Assembly (NCBI GenBank): GCA_040219255.1 | Contig: JAVJSW010000065.1 | Coordinates: 32,001 to 96,000 of the forward strand | Length of the DNA stretch: 64,000 bases | Origin: Sumerlaeia bacterium | GTDB taxonomy: Bacteria; Sumerlaeota; Sumerlaeia; SLMS01; JAHLLQ01 | Direction: 5' to 3' | Shown: piece after piece, positions 1-8,428 of the stretch | How the letters are laid out: every line of letters begins with the position of its first letter | How positions within the stretch are numbered: position 1 is the stretch's first letter | Notes under the pieces: generated by a model | Database searches by the model: none | What the model was told of the DNA's origin: nothing | The model's input: the letters and a program-made list of their open reading frames with translations, nothing else | Program-made: the position numbers and the translations under genes

Positions 1-128
1 CGACGCTGCCGGGGCTGGCGGAAGTCAGCATCGGCCATTTCATCACGCGCGACGCCCTGCTTTACGGCTGGGACACCACGATCAAGAAGTACCTGGCGAT
101 TTTGGAGAATGCGGAAAGCGAGTTGTAA
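1..128 (+). CDS. pdxJ: Pyridoxine 5'-phosphate synthase, 3' end (partial, runs off the window start)
   Basis: Frame 3, translated by hand: TLPGLAEVSIGHFITRDALLYGWDTTIKKYLAILENAESEL*. This matches the PdxJ C-terminal 'EVSIGH..IxDAL..G' motif. Stop TAA at 126-128. Confidence 0.8.
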   Translation, partial: TLPGLAEVSIGHFITRDALLYGWDTTIKKYLAILENAESEL

Positions 129-204
129 GCCCTTGTCTGACAACGTAGGAGAGGAAGGCAGGGAGCCGGTGCGGGCTCCCGTCGCGGGCCGCTACGACGG
201 CCTG

Positions 205-1515
205 ATGCAAGGAGCGCTACTGGGGTTTCGCCGGTGGGGAGGCAGCACCTTCGAGGCGCTCTCCGTGCGCAATTTCCGGATTTTCTACATCGGCCAGGGC
301 GCGTCCCTGACGGGGTCGTGGATGCGGCGGACGGCGCTGGGCTGGCTGGTGTTCCTGCTGACGGGATCGTATGAGCTGCTGGGGCTGGTGATGGGTTTGA
401 CGATGCTGCCGTTGTTCCTCTTGGCACCGCTGGCGGGCTCGATCGCGGACCGGGTCGACAAGAGGAAAATGATTATCGCGACTCAGTTGGGGGCGGCGGC
501 CTGCTCGGCGCTGCTGGCGGTTCTGGTTGCAACGGATAACGCCCAGGTGTGGCAAGTGATGGTGCTAGCGTTTCTGGGCGGTGTGGCGTTCGCGTTCGAA
601 ATCCCCTCGCGTCAGGCCTTTGTGGCGGAACTGGTGGGGAAAGACCGGCTGATGAACGCCATCGCGTTGAATTCGGCGCTGGTGAATGGAGCGCGGGTGA
701 TCGGCCCGGCGGTGGCGGGGGTGCTGATGGGATTGGTGGGTGTGGCAGCGTGCTTCGCCATCGACGCAATCACGTACTTGATCGTGACGGGAACGCTGAT
801 GTCGCTGAAGTTGCCGCGCTTTTTGAAGTCGAGAGAGCCGATCGACCGGATCGCGCATTTGATTGGCGGCCTGCATGAGGTCCGCCGCAACCGGCCAGTG
901 CGGCTGGTGCTGATTCTGCTCTTCTTCACGGCGTGCTTCGGCTGGTCGTTCATAACGCTGCTGCCGGCGATCGCGCAGGAGGAGCTACACCTGGGGGAAA
1001 CGCAGTATGGTTTTCTGATGGCTGCGTTCGGCGTGGGGGCGGTGGTGTCGGCGTTGATCGTGGCGAGCCAGAAGGGCGGGGGCTGCGCGCGGAGACAGCT
1101 CTTCGTGGGCATCTGGACGATGATGGTGGGGCTGTTCATTTTCTCGGCGGTGCGGGGGTTCGTGCTGCCGATGGGGGCGATGGTGCTGGCCGGAGGGGGC
1201 GCCGTGATGTTCGTCAGCACGGGCAACACGGTGGTACAGATGGCGGTGGCCGACGACATCCGGGGCCGCATCATGGGGATCTGGGCGCTGACATTCGGCG
1301 GTTCGATGCCGCTGGGGGCTTGGCTGTCGGGTCAGTCGGCGGCGCTGATCGATCCGTTTTCGACCATCGCGCTGTTCGCGGTGATCGTGTCGGTGGCCAG
1401 CGTGGTAATCTTCCCGCACTTTCCCGCGGCCCTGGCGCTGAATGGGCAGAGCACATGCGGCGATGGGCGGGCGAAGCCGCCGGTGCCCGCCAAGGAAGAA
1501 GTGCGGGCTGCCTGA
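205..1515 (+). CDS. MFS transporter (EntS/MFS_3-like, ~12 TM helices)
   Basis: ORF 109..1515, likely start ATG 205. Contains 'FEALSVRNFRIFYIGQGASLTGSWM', MFS motif A 'GSIADRVDKRK' and 'DDIRGRIMG'. Confidence 0.9.
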   Translation: MQGALLGFRRWGGSTFEALSVRNFRIFYIGQGASLTGSWMRRTALGWLVFLLTGSYELLGLVMGLTMLPLFLLAPLAGSIADRVDKRKMIIATQLGAAACSALLAVLVATDNAQVWQVMVLAFLGGVAFAFEIPSRQAFVAELVGKDRLMNAIALNSALVNGARVIGPAVAGVLMGLVGVAACFAIDAITYLIVTGTLMSLKLPRFLKSREPIDRIAHLIGGLHEVRRNRPVRLVLILLFFTACFGWSFITLLPAIAQEELHLGETQYGFLMAAFGVGAVVSALIVASQKGGGCARRQLFVGIWTMMVGLFIFSAVRGFVLPMGAMVLAGGGAVMFVSTGNTVVQMAVADDIRGRIMGIWALTFGGSMPLGAWLSGQSAALIDPFSTIALFAVIVSVASVVIFPHFPAALALNGQSTCGDGRAKPPVPAKEEVRAA

Positions 1516-1555
1516 GGGAAAACGCCGAATGGTCCCGCCCATAGTCCTTCAAGAA

Positions 1556-1686
1556 ATCACCGCTGAGACGCGGAGAACGCAGAGATGATTGGCGCTTTTG
1601 AACTTGGCGGGGACAACTCAGTTTCCTGACCACACCTTTCAACTGATCTCTGTGGAACCTCTGTCCTCTGCGCCCTCTGTGGTGAT
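1556..1686. repeat. Intergenic imperfect inverted repeat built from short CAGAG/CTCTG units (REP-like element)
   Basis: Left arm ATCACCGCTGAGACGCGGAGAACGCAGAGAT (1556-1586). Right arm ATCTCTGTGGAACCTCTGTCCTCTGCGCCCTCTGTGGTGAT (1646-1686). The termini ATCACC/GGTGAT are complementary. Confidence 0.6.
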
Positions 1687-1756
1687 GGAACACGGTCCCG
1701 CCGTCCGGTGATGACTCCGCTTGCTCTTCCGCTGAAGCGATGGAATTGCTTTGGCC

Positions 1757-2005
1757 ATGGATAAAGGGCCCAAGACCTCGAACAAGAAGAAGCCCGACCC
1801 AGTGCTCCGATTCTTCCGGACGTTGGGGTGGTTCTTCGTCTGGATGTCCCTGCTGATTCCGTTGCTGTGGATTTGGATGAGCCGGACCGACGGCGAGACG
1901 CCTTTCGAATTTTACCGCGCGGAAAGCCGGACTGGCCCCCGGACATCGGAGATCCGGGGCGAAACGGCACCCCCCTATCCCGCGGAGGTGCAGGCGCAGC
2001 CATGA
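1757..2005 (+). CDS. Small single-pass membrane protein, hypothetical
   Basis: Basic N-terminus followed by a hydrophobic helix (FFRTLGWFFVWMSLLIPLLWIW). Its stop overlaps the next start (ATGA at 2002-2005). Confidence 0.65.
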   Translation: MDKGPKTSNKKKPDPVLRFFRTLGWFFVWMSLLIPLLWIWMSRTDGETPFEFYRAESRTGPRTSEIRGETAPPYPAEVQAQP

Positions 2006-3192
2006 GCACGGACGTCTCCCCCTCCCCCACTCGGGGCAAAGTTTCGTTACGCCGGCTGCTGGCGCTGCTCAACGTGTTCGTCCTGGCAAGCGTTCTGTTT
2101 CTCGGCATCCCGTTCGTTCATGAGGCCTATCGGGAATTGCCGATCGCGCGGCGCTTTCGGCCGGTGGCGCCGTTGCCATCGATAGCACCGCCATACGCGG
2201 GCGTGATGGAGAAAAGGGGTCAGTGGCCGAGTTCCTGGAATTCCAGCGGAATCGTGGCGGGCGAGTTCGACGAGCAACTGAAGGGAATCGAAGTGGTGCA
2301 GAGTCAGCACTTTGGCCCCGATCTGTCGATGAGCGAGCGGGGAACGGTAACTGTGCGCGACGGCAGAATGGTGAACACGGCGCTGACCTTCAATATCGTG
2401 GAGCAGAATCTGGCGGTGTACCGGCTGGATGGGGCGGATGTGTTGATCCGGTGCGACGCGGCGACCAATCGGATTGTGGCGGAATGCCCGGCCAACGATC
2501 GACTGAGTTGGTCGTACTCGCCGCCCGAGGCGCTTCAGCCGCCGATCGGCATTTCGACCGGCCTCGATCCGAGCGGGGCACCTGTCGTGGTTGTCTGCGA
2601 CATCGACGGTCCAACGCGGCTGCTCTCGGACCGCGGGGAGGTGATTGCGGAGTTGGCCTCCGATCCGCCACAACGTTACCTCGTCGCCGAATTGCACGAG
2701 AACCCTGGCCACGAACTGTTCTTGCTCCCGCGTGATGTCAGTGGGTTCGCGATCTATGCGCTGGATGGCAGCCAACTGACGGCCAAGCCCATCGACCTGC
2801 GGGGCGCGGTTCCGCTTTCGGCGGTGCCATCAAGGCGTGGGAGCAAAGACTTCGGCGTGCGTCTCGACTTTCCATCGGGTTATCCGCTTCGGTTGGCTCT
2901 GGCCGATGGAAGCCTGGAAGACTTGGCTGGAGAGGTGGCCTTCCACCAAAGCCACGGGTGGATTGCCCGGTCGCATTACGCCATTCTGGAAAGCGGCTGG
3001 ACCATCGTGCTGGACTGGTCGACGATTTTTCTGCTCGATGAAGAAGGGCTGGTCGTGGACTACGTCAGCGTGCGGCCGGCGATGGCGACAGCCGTGGCCG
3101 CCGCGCCCCCCGGCTGCGGATTCGACTTTGTCGTTGAAGTGCAGGATCGAAACCAAATGCGCGCGCAACTTCTCAAATACCGCCTCCCCTGA
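2002..3192 (+). CDS. Membrane-anchored hypothetical protein, possibly beta-propeller/FG-GAP-like
   Basis: ORF 1828..3192, with ATG 2002 coupled to the upstream stop. N-terminal TM helix (LLALLNVFVLASVLFLGIPF), then a beta-rich domain with 'AGEFDEQLKGIEVV' and 'AELHENPGHELF' repeats. Confidence 0.65.
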   Translation: MSTDVSPSPTRGKVSLRRLLALLNVFVLASVLFLGIPFVHEAYRELPIARRFRPVAPLPSIAPPYAGVMEKRGQWPSSWNSSGIVAGEFDEQLKGIEVVQSQHFGPDLSMSERGTVTVRDGRMVNTALTFNIVEQNLAVYRLDGADVLIRCDAATNRIVAECPANDRLSWSYSPPEALQPPIGISTGLDPSGAPVVVVCDIDGPTRLLSDRGEVIAELASDPPQRYLVAELHENPGHELFLLPRDVSGFAIYALDGSQLTAKPIDLRGAVPLSAVPSRRGSKDFGVRLDFPSGYPLRLALADGSLEDLAGEVAFHQSHGWIARSHYAILESGWTIVLDWSTIFLLDEEGLVVDYVSVRPAMATAVAAAPPGCGFDFVVEVQDRNQMRAQLLKYRLP

Positions 3193-3636
3193 TCAGATCA
3201 AATCGTCGGCGCGGAAGGCGTCGAGGAGGCAGTCGATCTGGGGCTCGTGCGGGTTTTGCGGGTCCGGCGTAATAAGGATCACGTCGAAGCGGACCGGCGG
3301 GTAGGGCCTCGGCAACCGGCGCAGGTAGGCGATGGCGGCGCCTCGGAGGTGGCGCAGGCGCTTGGGATCGCGGACGGCGGAGAGGGGTTCGAGGTCGCGG
3401 GGGTCGCGGGTTTTGACTTCGACGAAGACGAGGGTTTCTCGCTCGCGGACGACGAGGTCCAGCTCTCCCCCGCCGCCGCGCCAGTTGCGGGCGAGAAGGG
3501 CGGCGCCGCGTTCGCGGTGGTAATGGCGAACGGCCCACAGTTCGCCCCAGCGGCCGACGGCGTTGTGGTCCCATTCGGGGTCGAAGTCCGGCAGAAGCCA
3601 GCCGATGCGAACGGCGGCGGCCTTCAGGGGGTTCAT
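3193..3636 (-). CDS. yraN: YraN family (UPF0102) endonuclease-like protein
   Basis: Motifs 'GRWGE', 'RNWRGGGGELDLV', 'LVFVEVKTR' and 'RFDVI'. Confidence 0.92.
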   Translation of the reverse strand: MNPLKAAAVRIGWLLPDFDPEWDHNAVGRWGELWAVRHYHRERGAALLARNWRGGGGELDLVVRERETLVFVEVKTRDPRDLEPLSAVRDPKRLRHLRGAAIAYLRRLPRPYPPVRFDVILITPDPQNPHEPQIDCLLDAFRADDLI

Positions 3637-3638
3637 TT

Positions 3639-5699
3639 TCAGATCGCCGGTTGCTCGGCGAAAGTGGGTTCCGCCTCGCCCTGCTGGTTTTCGCCCTGCT
3701 CGTTCGCCTTGGGTGCGAAGGCGATTTTGTAGAGTTCGGAGTAGCGGCCCTCGCCCGCCATCAGGACATCGTGCGAACCTTGCTCGATGATCTCGCCGTT
3801 TTGCAGGACTACGATTTCATCGGCGTGGCGGACCGTGGAGAGGCGATGGGCGATGACGAGGCTGGTGCGGTCCTCCATCAGGTGATCGAGAGCATCCTGG
3901 ACGAGGCGCTCGCTCTCGTTGTCGAGGGCGCTGGTGGCTTCGTCGAGGATCAAAATGGGCGCGTTGCGGAGGATGGCCCGGGCGATGGCGAGGCGCTGTT
4001 TCTGGCCGCCGGAGAGGCGGTTGCCCCGTTCGCCGATGCGGGTCTGGTAGCCTTCGGGCAGGGCGGTGATGAAGTCGTGGGCGTTGGCGGCGCGGGCGGC
4101 GGCTTCGATCTGCTCCTGGGTGGCTTTGGGGCAGCCGTAGCCAATGTTGTAGGCGACGGTTTCGTCGAAGAGGATGGTTTCCTGGGTCACGATGGCGATC
4201 TGGTCGCGGATGCTCTTGATGGTGGCGTCGCGCAGGTCCACGCCGTCGAAAAGGATGCGGCCGCCGGTGGGATCGAAGAAGCGGGGAACGAGGCGGATGA
4301 GGGTTGTCTTTCCGGAACCGGCTACGCCGACGAGGGCGATCATTTTGCCCTTGGGGATGCGCAGGTTGAGGTTTTTCAGGACGGGGGGTTCGTCGGGGTT
4401 GTAGGTAAAGGCGACCTCCTCGAATGCGATTTCGCGCTCGAGGGTGGGGAGCGGTTTGGCATCCGGCTTCTCCACGACGCGCATTTCGGTGTCGATGACT
4501 TCAAAGACGCGTTCGGCGCTGGCGAGGCCTCGCTGGACTTTGACCCAGCCATTGGAGAGGCCCTTGAGGGGTTTGTAGAAGCGGGTGAGAGCGGCGAGGT
4601 AGGCGATGAACTCGGCGGTGCCAAGGAGCCGGGCCTTCATGACGACGTAGGTTCCGGCGAGGAGCACGAGGCCCATGGCGGCGGTGGTCATGACCTCGAC
4701 GATGGGGCCGCCGGCGAGGCGGATGCGCATGCGGCGGATCTGGCGTTTGAGCTGACCCTTGCTGACATCGCGAAAGCGGCTGGATTCATGTTTTTCCGTG
4801 CCGTAGGCTTTGACGATCGGCATGCCCTGGAAGGTTTCCTGCATCACGTCGACCAGGTAGGCGTCTTCTTCCGCGTCGGCTTTGCTGAGGCGGCGCAGGG
4901 TGCGGCTGAGAAGGGCGATGGGCAGGATGATGAAGGGAAGGGCGACGATGGTGATGAGGGTGATCTGGACACTGAGATAGAGGAGGGCCGCGAGATAGCC
5001 GACGATCTGGAAGGGGACCAGGATCGATTGGCTGAGGGACTGCTGCATGATCGTGCGGATTTGGCTGACGTCGCTGTTCATGCGGGCGATCAGATTGCCG
5101 GTGGTGCGAGACTGGAAAGCGGCGAGGTCGAGGGCGAGGACGGAGGTGTAGAGGTCGAGGCGGATCTGATGGAGGCCGCGATAGACGACGCTGGTGATCT
5201 GGAGCTTGGCGAAATACTCCATGGCGGCGCGCAGAACGGTGAATAAGATCAGGATTCCGACGATATAGAACATCGCGGTGTCGCGGTTGTCTTTGAGGAA
5301 AAGGTAGGCGCGCTCCTTGAGGCTGGCCTGCCGGGCGTCGACCCAGGCCTGGGCGTCCTCGACCTGGGCGAGGCGTTCTCCGGCGACTTCCTTGAGGCTG
5401 TCGGAAACGGCTCGGGCCTGGGGCGGCAGGGCGGGCGCCGACTGGGGCTCGGGAACGGTTTCGGTCTGGGCGAAGCCGTCGGCGGCGCTCTCGGACAGGA
5501 CGAACTGAATGATGGGAACGAGGGCGACGATGCTGATGGCGGCGAAGGCGGCGGCGATAAAGGAGCCGAGCATGGCTCCGGCTATGTTTTTTTTGAAGGG
5601 AAGGAGGTACGAGAGGATGCGAAAGAGCAGGCCGCGATGGACGATGACGGACTTTCTTCGGCGGGAGCGGCGTTCGGAATTTCGACTGTCCTTGCCCAT
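3639..5699 (-). CDS. MsbA-like ABC exporter (fused permease and ATPase)
   Basis: TM domain followed by Walker A GVAGSGKT, signature LSGGQKQR, Walker B ILILDEATSALD and H-loop IAHRLST. Confidence 0.92.
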   Translation of the reverse strand: MGKDSRNSERRSRRRKSVIVHRGLLFRILSYLLPFKKNIAGAMLGSFIAAAFAAISIVALVPIIQFVLSESAADGFAQTETVPEPQSAPALPPQARAVSDSLKEVAGERLAQVEDAQAWVDARQASLKERAYLFLKDNRDTAMFYIVGILILFTVLRAAMEYFAKLQITSVVYRGLHQIRLDLYTSVLALDLAAFQSRTTGNLIARMNSDVSQIRTIMQQSLSQSILVPFQIVGYLAALLYLSVQITLITIVALPFIILPIALLSRTLRRLSKADAEEDAYLVDVMQETFQGMPIVKAYGTEKHESSRFRDVSKGQLKRQIRRMRIRLAGGPIVEVMTTAAMGLVLLAGTYVVMKARLLGTAEFIAYLAALTRFYKPLKGLSNGWVKVQRGLASAERVFEVIDTEMRVVEKPDAKPLPTLEREIAFEEVAFTYNPDEPPVLKNLNLRIPKGKMIALVGVAGSGKTTLIRLVPRFFDPTGGRILFDGVDLRDATIKSIRDQIAIVTQETILFDETVAYNIGYGCPKATQEQIEAAARAANAHDFITALPEGYQTRIGERGNRLSGGQKQRLAIARAILRNAPILILDEATSALDNESERLVQDALDHLMEDRTSLVIAHRLSTVRHADEIVVLQNGEIIEQGSHDVLMAGEGRYSELYKIAFAPKANEQGENQQGEAEPTFAEQPAI

Positions 5700-5882
5700 A
5701 AAGCGCGTTGGTGCCTTTTTTCAGAAGGTAAGGAAGGGGAAACGCTCCGCCCTGCCATTGGGAGGCCAAGCCTTTTCCGTTCGCGGCGGGTCGTCAAGGG
5801 GGGAGGGCGGAAGCCGCTTGTCCCGCGGGCGGCGCTGGGTCATAAGCGCCGCCAGATTGCTCCTGGAGATCTCTCACCGTTG

Positions 5883-7982
5883 ATGCTGTTTTCCCTCCGA
5901 TCCTTCCTCAAATCGCTTGTGCTGCCTCTGTGGGCGGCGTTTCTGGCCATCGCGCCGGGCGGGGGGATGGCGGTCGGCCAGGAGCCCAGCCCGGAATACA
6001 GCGACGAGGAATCGACTCCGGCGGCGACGCTCCGCGAGGAAGGGGCGTTGGTATTCGATGGCATTCCCCCTCTGGACGATGAGGTCGAGCGGTCGCTGAT
6101 TCCTTACCAGAACATGCGCAGCGCGGGCTTTCGCGACTGGCTTCCGGGTGGCGAGGGGTTGTTGATCTCGACGCGCTTCGCCAACACGCCTCAGTTCCAT
6201 ACGGTGCGGGCGCCTCTGGGGATGCGCAAGCAGGTGACGTTCTACGAGGAGCCGGTGAGCGGCGGAAGTTTCGGCCGGGAAGGGCCGCGGGATGCGTTTC
6301 TGTTCTCTCTGGACGCGGGCGGCAACGAGCAGTCGCAGTTGTACCTGCATTCGCTGAGCACCGGGCTGCCGCTTGGTTTGACCGATGGAGGGGTGAACCG
6401 GGGGGCGATTTGGGCGAAGACCGAGCCAATGATCGCTTATTCGTCGACATTTCGAAACGGGCAGGATTTCGATGTGACGCTGAAGCGCACGGATTTTCCG
6501 AATTCTCCGACGATCCGGCTGACGGAGAACATGGGCTATTGGTATCCCTATTCGTTTTCGGACGACGATCAGAAGCTGCTGATCGGGCGCTACGTTTCGG
6601 TGAACGAGACGGAGTTGTTCGTGGCGACGCTGGATGAGAAGGGGACCTCGGCGACGCTGCTGGAATTGCACGGGGATGCGGAGGGGCCGGTGGCGTTTGG
6701 GGACGCGGTGTTCGATCATGGCGGCACCGGGATTTTCTATTCGTCGGACCTGGATTCGGAATTCCAGCGGCTGCGGTATTACGACCTGGAGTACAACGTG
6801 TCTCGGGTGGTTCTGAACGAATTGCCATGGGACGTGACGGAGTTGGAGCGGGCGCATAAGAGCCGGACTCTGGCGGTGGTGACGAACGAGAATGGAATCA
6901 GTCATTTGCGTTTGCTCGACATGAAGTCGCTGGAGGCGAAGGAAGTGGAAATCCCGCAAGGGGTGATCGGGACGGTGGCGTTTTCTCCCGACGATTCGAA
7001 GCTGGCGTTTTCGCTGTATTCAACGGTTTCGCCAGGCGATGTGTATGTGCTGGATGTGAGTTCTCATGAGTTGACGCGGTGGACGGAGTCGGAGGTTGGG
7101 GGGTTGCCTCTGGACGGATTTTCGAAGGCGGATTTCTTCACCTATCCAACCTTCGACAAGGCGCCGGACGGGACGCCGCGGCGGATTCCGGCGTTCATCA
7201 TGAAGCCGAAGGGGGAAGGACCGCACCCGGTGCTGATCGCGATTCATGGCGGTCCGGAAAGCCAGTCGCGGCCGTACTTTTCCGGATTCTTCAATTACCT
7301 GGTGAATGAGCTGGGCATCGCGGTGATTCAGCCGAACGTGCGCGGCTCGACGGGTTACGGCAAGACGTGGACGCGGCTGGACAACGGGATGCTGCGCGAG
7401 GACAGCGTTCGCGATATCGGGCAATTGCTGGACTGGATCGCACTGCAACCGGAGCTGGATTCCTCGCGGGTGGGGGTTTACGGGGGCTCCTACGGCGGGT
7501 ACATGGTTCTGGCGAGCATGGCGCTGTTCGCCGAGCGGATCACTTGCGGGGTGGATGTGGTGGGCATTTCGAATTTTGTGACCTTTCTGGAATCGACGAA
7601 GGAGTACCGCCAGGATTTGAGGCGGCAGGAGTACGGGGACGAGCGGGACCCGGAAATGCGGGAGTTTCTGCAGCGGATCTCGCCGACGAACATGGTCGAC
7701 CGGATCAAGAGTCCGCTGTTGGTGGCGCAGGGGGCGAACGACCCGCGGGTGCCGAAGTCGGAGGCGGAGCAGATCGTGGAAGCGGTGCGCGGCCAGGGCT
7801 TGCCGGTGTGGTATTTCCTGGCGACGAACGAGGGCCACGGGTTCCGGAAGAAGGAGAACCGGAACGCTTTCGAGGCGGTTGTCGTGCAGTTCCTGCGTGA
7901 GCATCTGCTGCCGGTGTCGAACGAGCCGATCGGCGGCGAGGGGGTGGAGAGCGCTCCGCCGGCGGAGCTGATGGTTCCGTGA
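5883..7982 (+). CDS. Secreted S9 family peptidase (prolyl oligopeptidase/acylaminoacyl peptidase-like)
   Basis: Signal peptide, beta-propeller, 'IHGGPE', nucleophile GGSYGG, 'NDPRV' Asp and 'EGHGF' His. Start chosen at ATG 5883 within ORF 5637..7982. Confidence 0.92.
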   Translation: MLFSLRSFLKSLVLPLWAAFLAIAPGGGMAVGQEPSPEYSDEESTPAATLREEGALVFDGIPPLDDEVERSLIPYQNMRSAGFRDWLPGGEGLLISTRFANTPQFHTVRAPLGMRKQVTFYEEPVSGGSFGREGPRDAFLFSLDAGGNEQSQLYLHSLSTGLPLGLTDGGVNRGAIWAKTEPMIAYSSTFRNGQDFDVTLKRTDFPNSPTIRLTENMGYWYPYSFSDDDQKLLIGRYVSVNETELFVATLDEKGTSATLLELHGDAEGPVAFGDAVFDHGGTGIFYSSDLDSEFQRLRYYDLEYNVSRVVLNELPWDVTELERAHKSRTLAVVTNENGISHLRLLDMKSLEAKEVEIPQGVIGTVAFSPDDSKLAFSLYSTVSPGDVYVLDVSSHELTRWTESEVGGLPLDGFSKADFFTYPTFDKAPDGTPRRIPAFIMKPKGEGPHPVLIAIHGGPESQSRPYFSGFFNYLVNELGIAVIQPNVRGSTGYGKTWTRLDNGMLREDSVRDIGQLLDWIALQPELDSSRVGVYGGSYGGYMVLASMALFAERITCGVDVVGISNFVTFLESTKEYRQDLRRQEYGDERDPEMREFLQRISPTNMVDRIKSPLLVAQGANDPRVPKSEAEQIVEAVRGQGLPVWYFLATNEGHGFRKKENRNAFEAVVVQFLREHLLPVSNEPIGGEGVESAPPAELMVP

Positions 7983-8428
7983 GTTCCGCGAATGACATGG
8001 TTCAACCTTTCTCGGCCGTCCGGCCGGTGCCGCTGGTGTTGGCGTTCTTGTGGGCGGGGGCGGTGCTTCTGGTCAATTCACGGCCCAGCTCGGGTTTGCC
8101 GGACATCAGTTGGTGGATGATTCCGGGCCTGGATAAGGTGATTCATTTCTGCATGTACGGGGGCCTCGCGTTCTGGCTGTGGAAGGCGCTGGTGCCGGAC
8201 CGGAAGACGTTTGTGCCGGCGGTGCCTTACGCGCGGCTGATCGTGGTGCTGGTGCCGGCGTTGCTGGCGGTGGCGGACGAGTGGAATCAGGGCTACGTGC
8301 CAGGGCGGAGCCCTGACTTCTGGGATTTGTGCTTCGATTTCGCTGGGATCGCGGCCGTCGTGATTCTGGGCACGATGACCCGCAATTCCATTCACCGAAG
8401 CAGCTCGCGTTTGACATGGCGTCATTGA
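7979..8428 (+). CDS. VanZ family membrane protein
   Basis: Motifs 'DKVIHFCMYGGL' and 'DEWNQGYVPGRSPDFWDLCFD'. Confidence 0.88.
   Translation: MSSANDMVQPFSAVRPVPLVLAFLWAGAVLLVNSRPSSGLPDISWWMIPGLDKVIHFCMYGGLAFWLWKALVPDRKTFVPAVPYARLIVVLVPALLAVADEWNQGYVPGRSPDFWDLCFDFAGIAAVVILGTMTRNSIHRSSSRLTWRH

Noticed and set aside
3651-5246. 531-aa + strand ORF opposite the ABC exporter; likewise 13801..15957 opposite mutS and 53890..55338 opposite ftsK
   Set aside because: Typical antisense ORFs of conserved genes, with no independent coding evidence.
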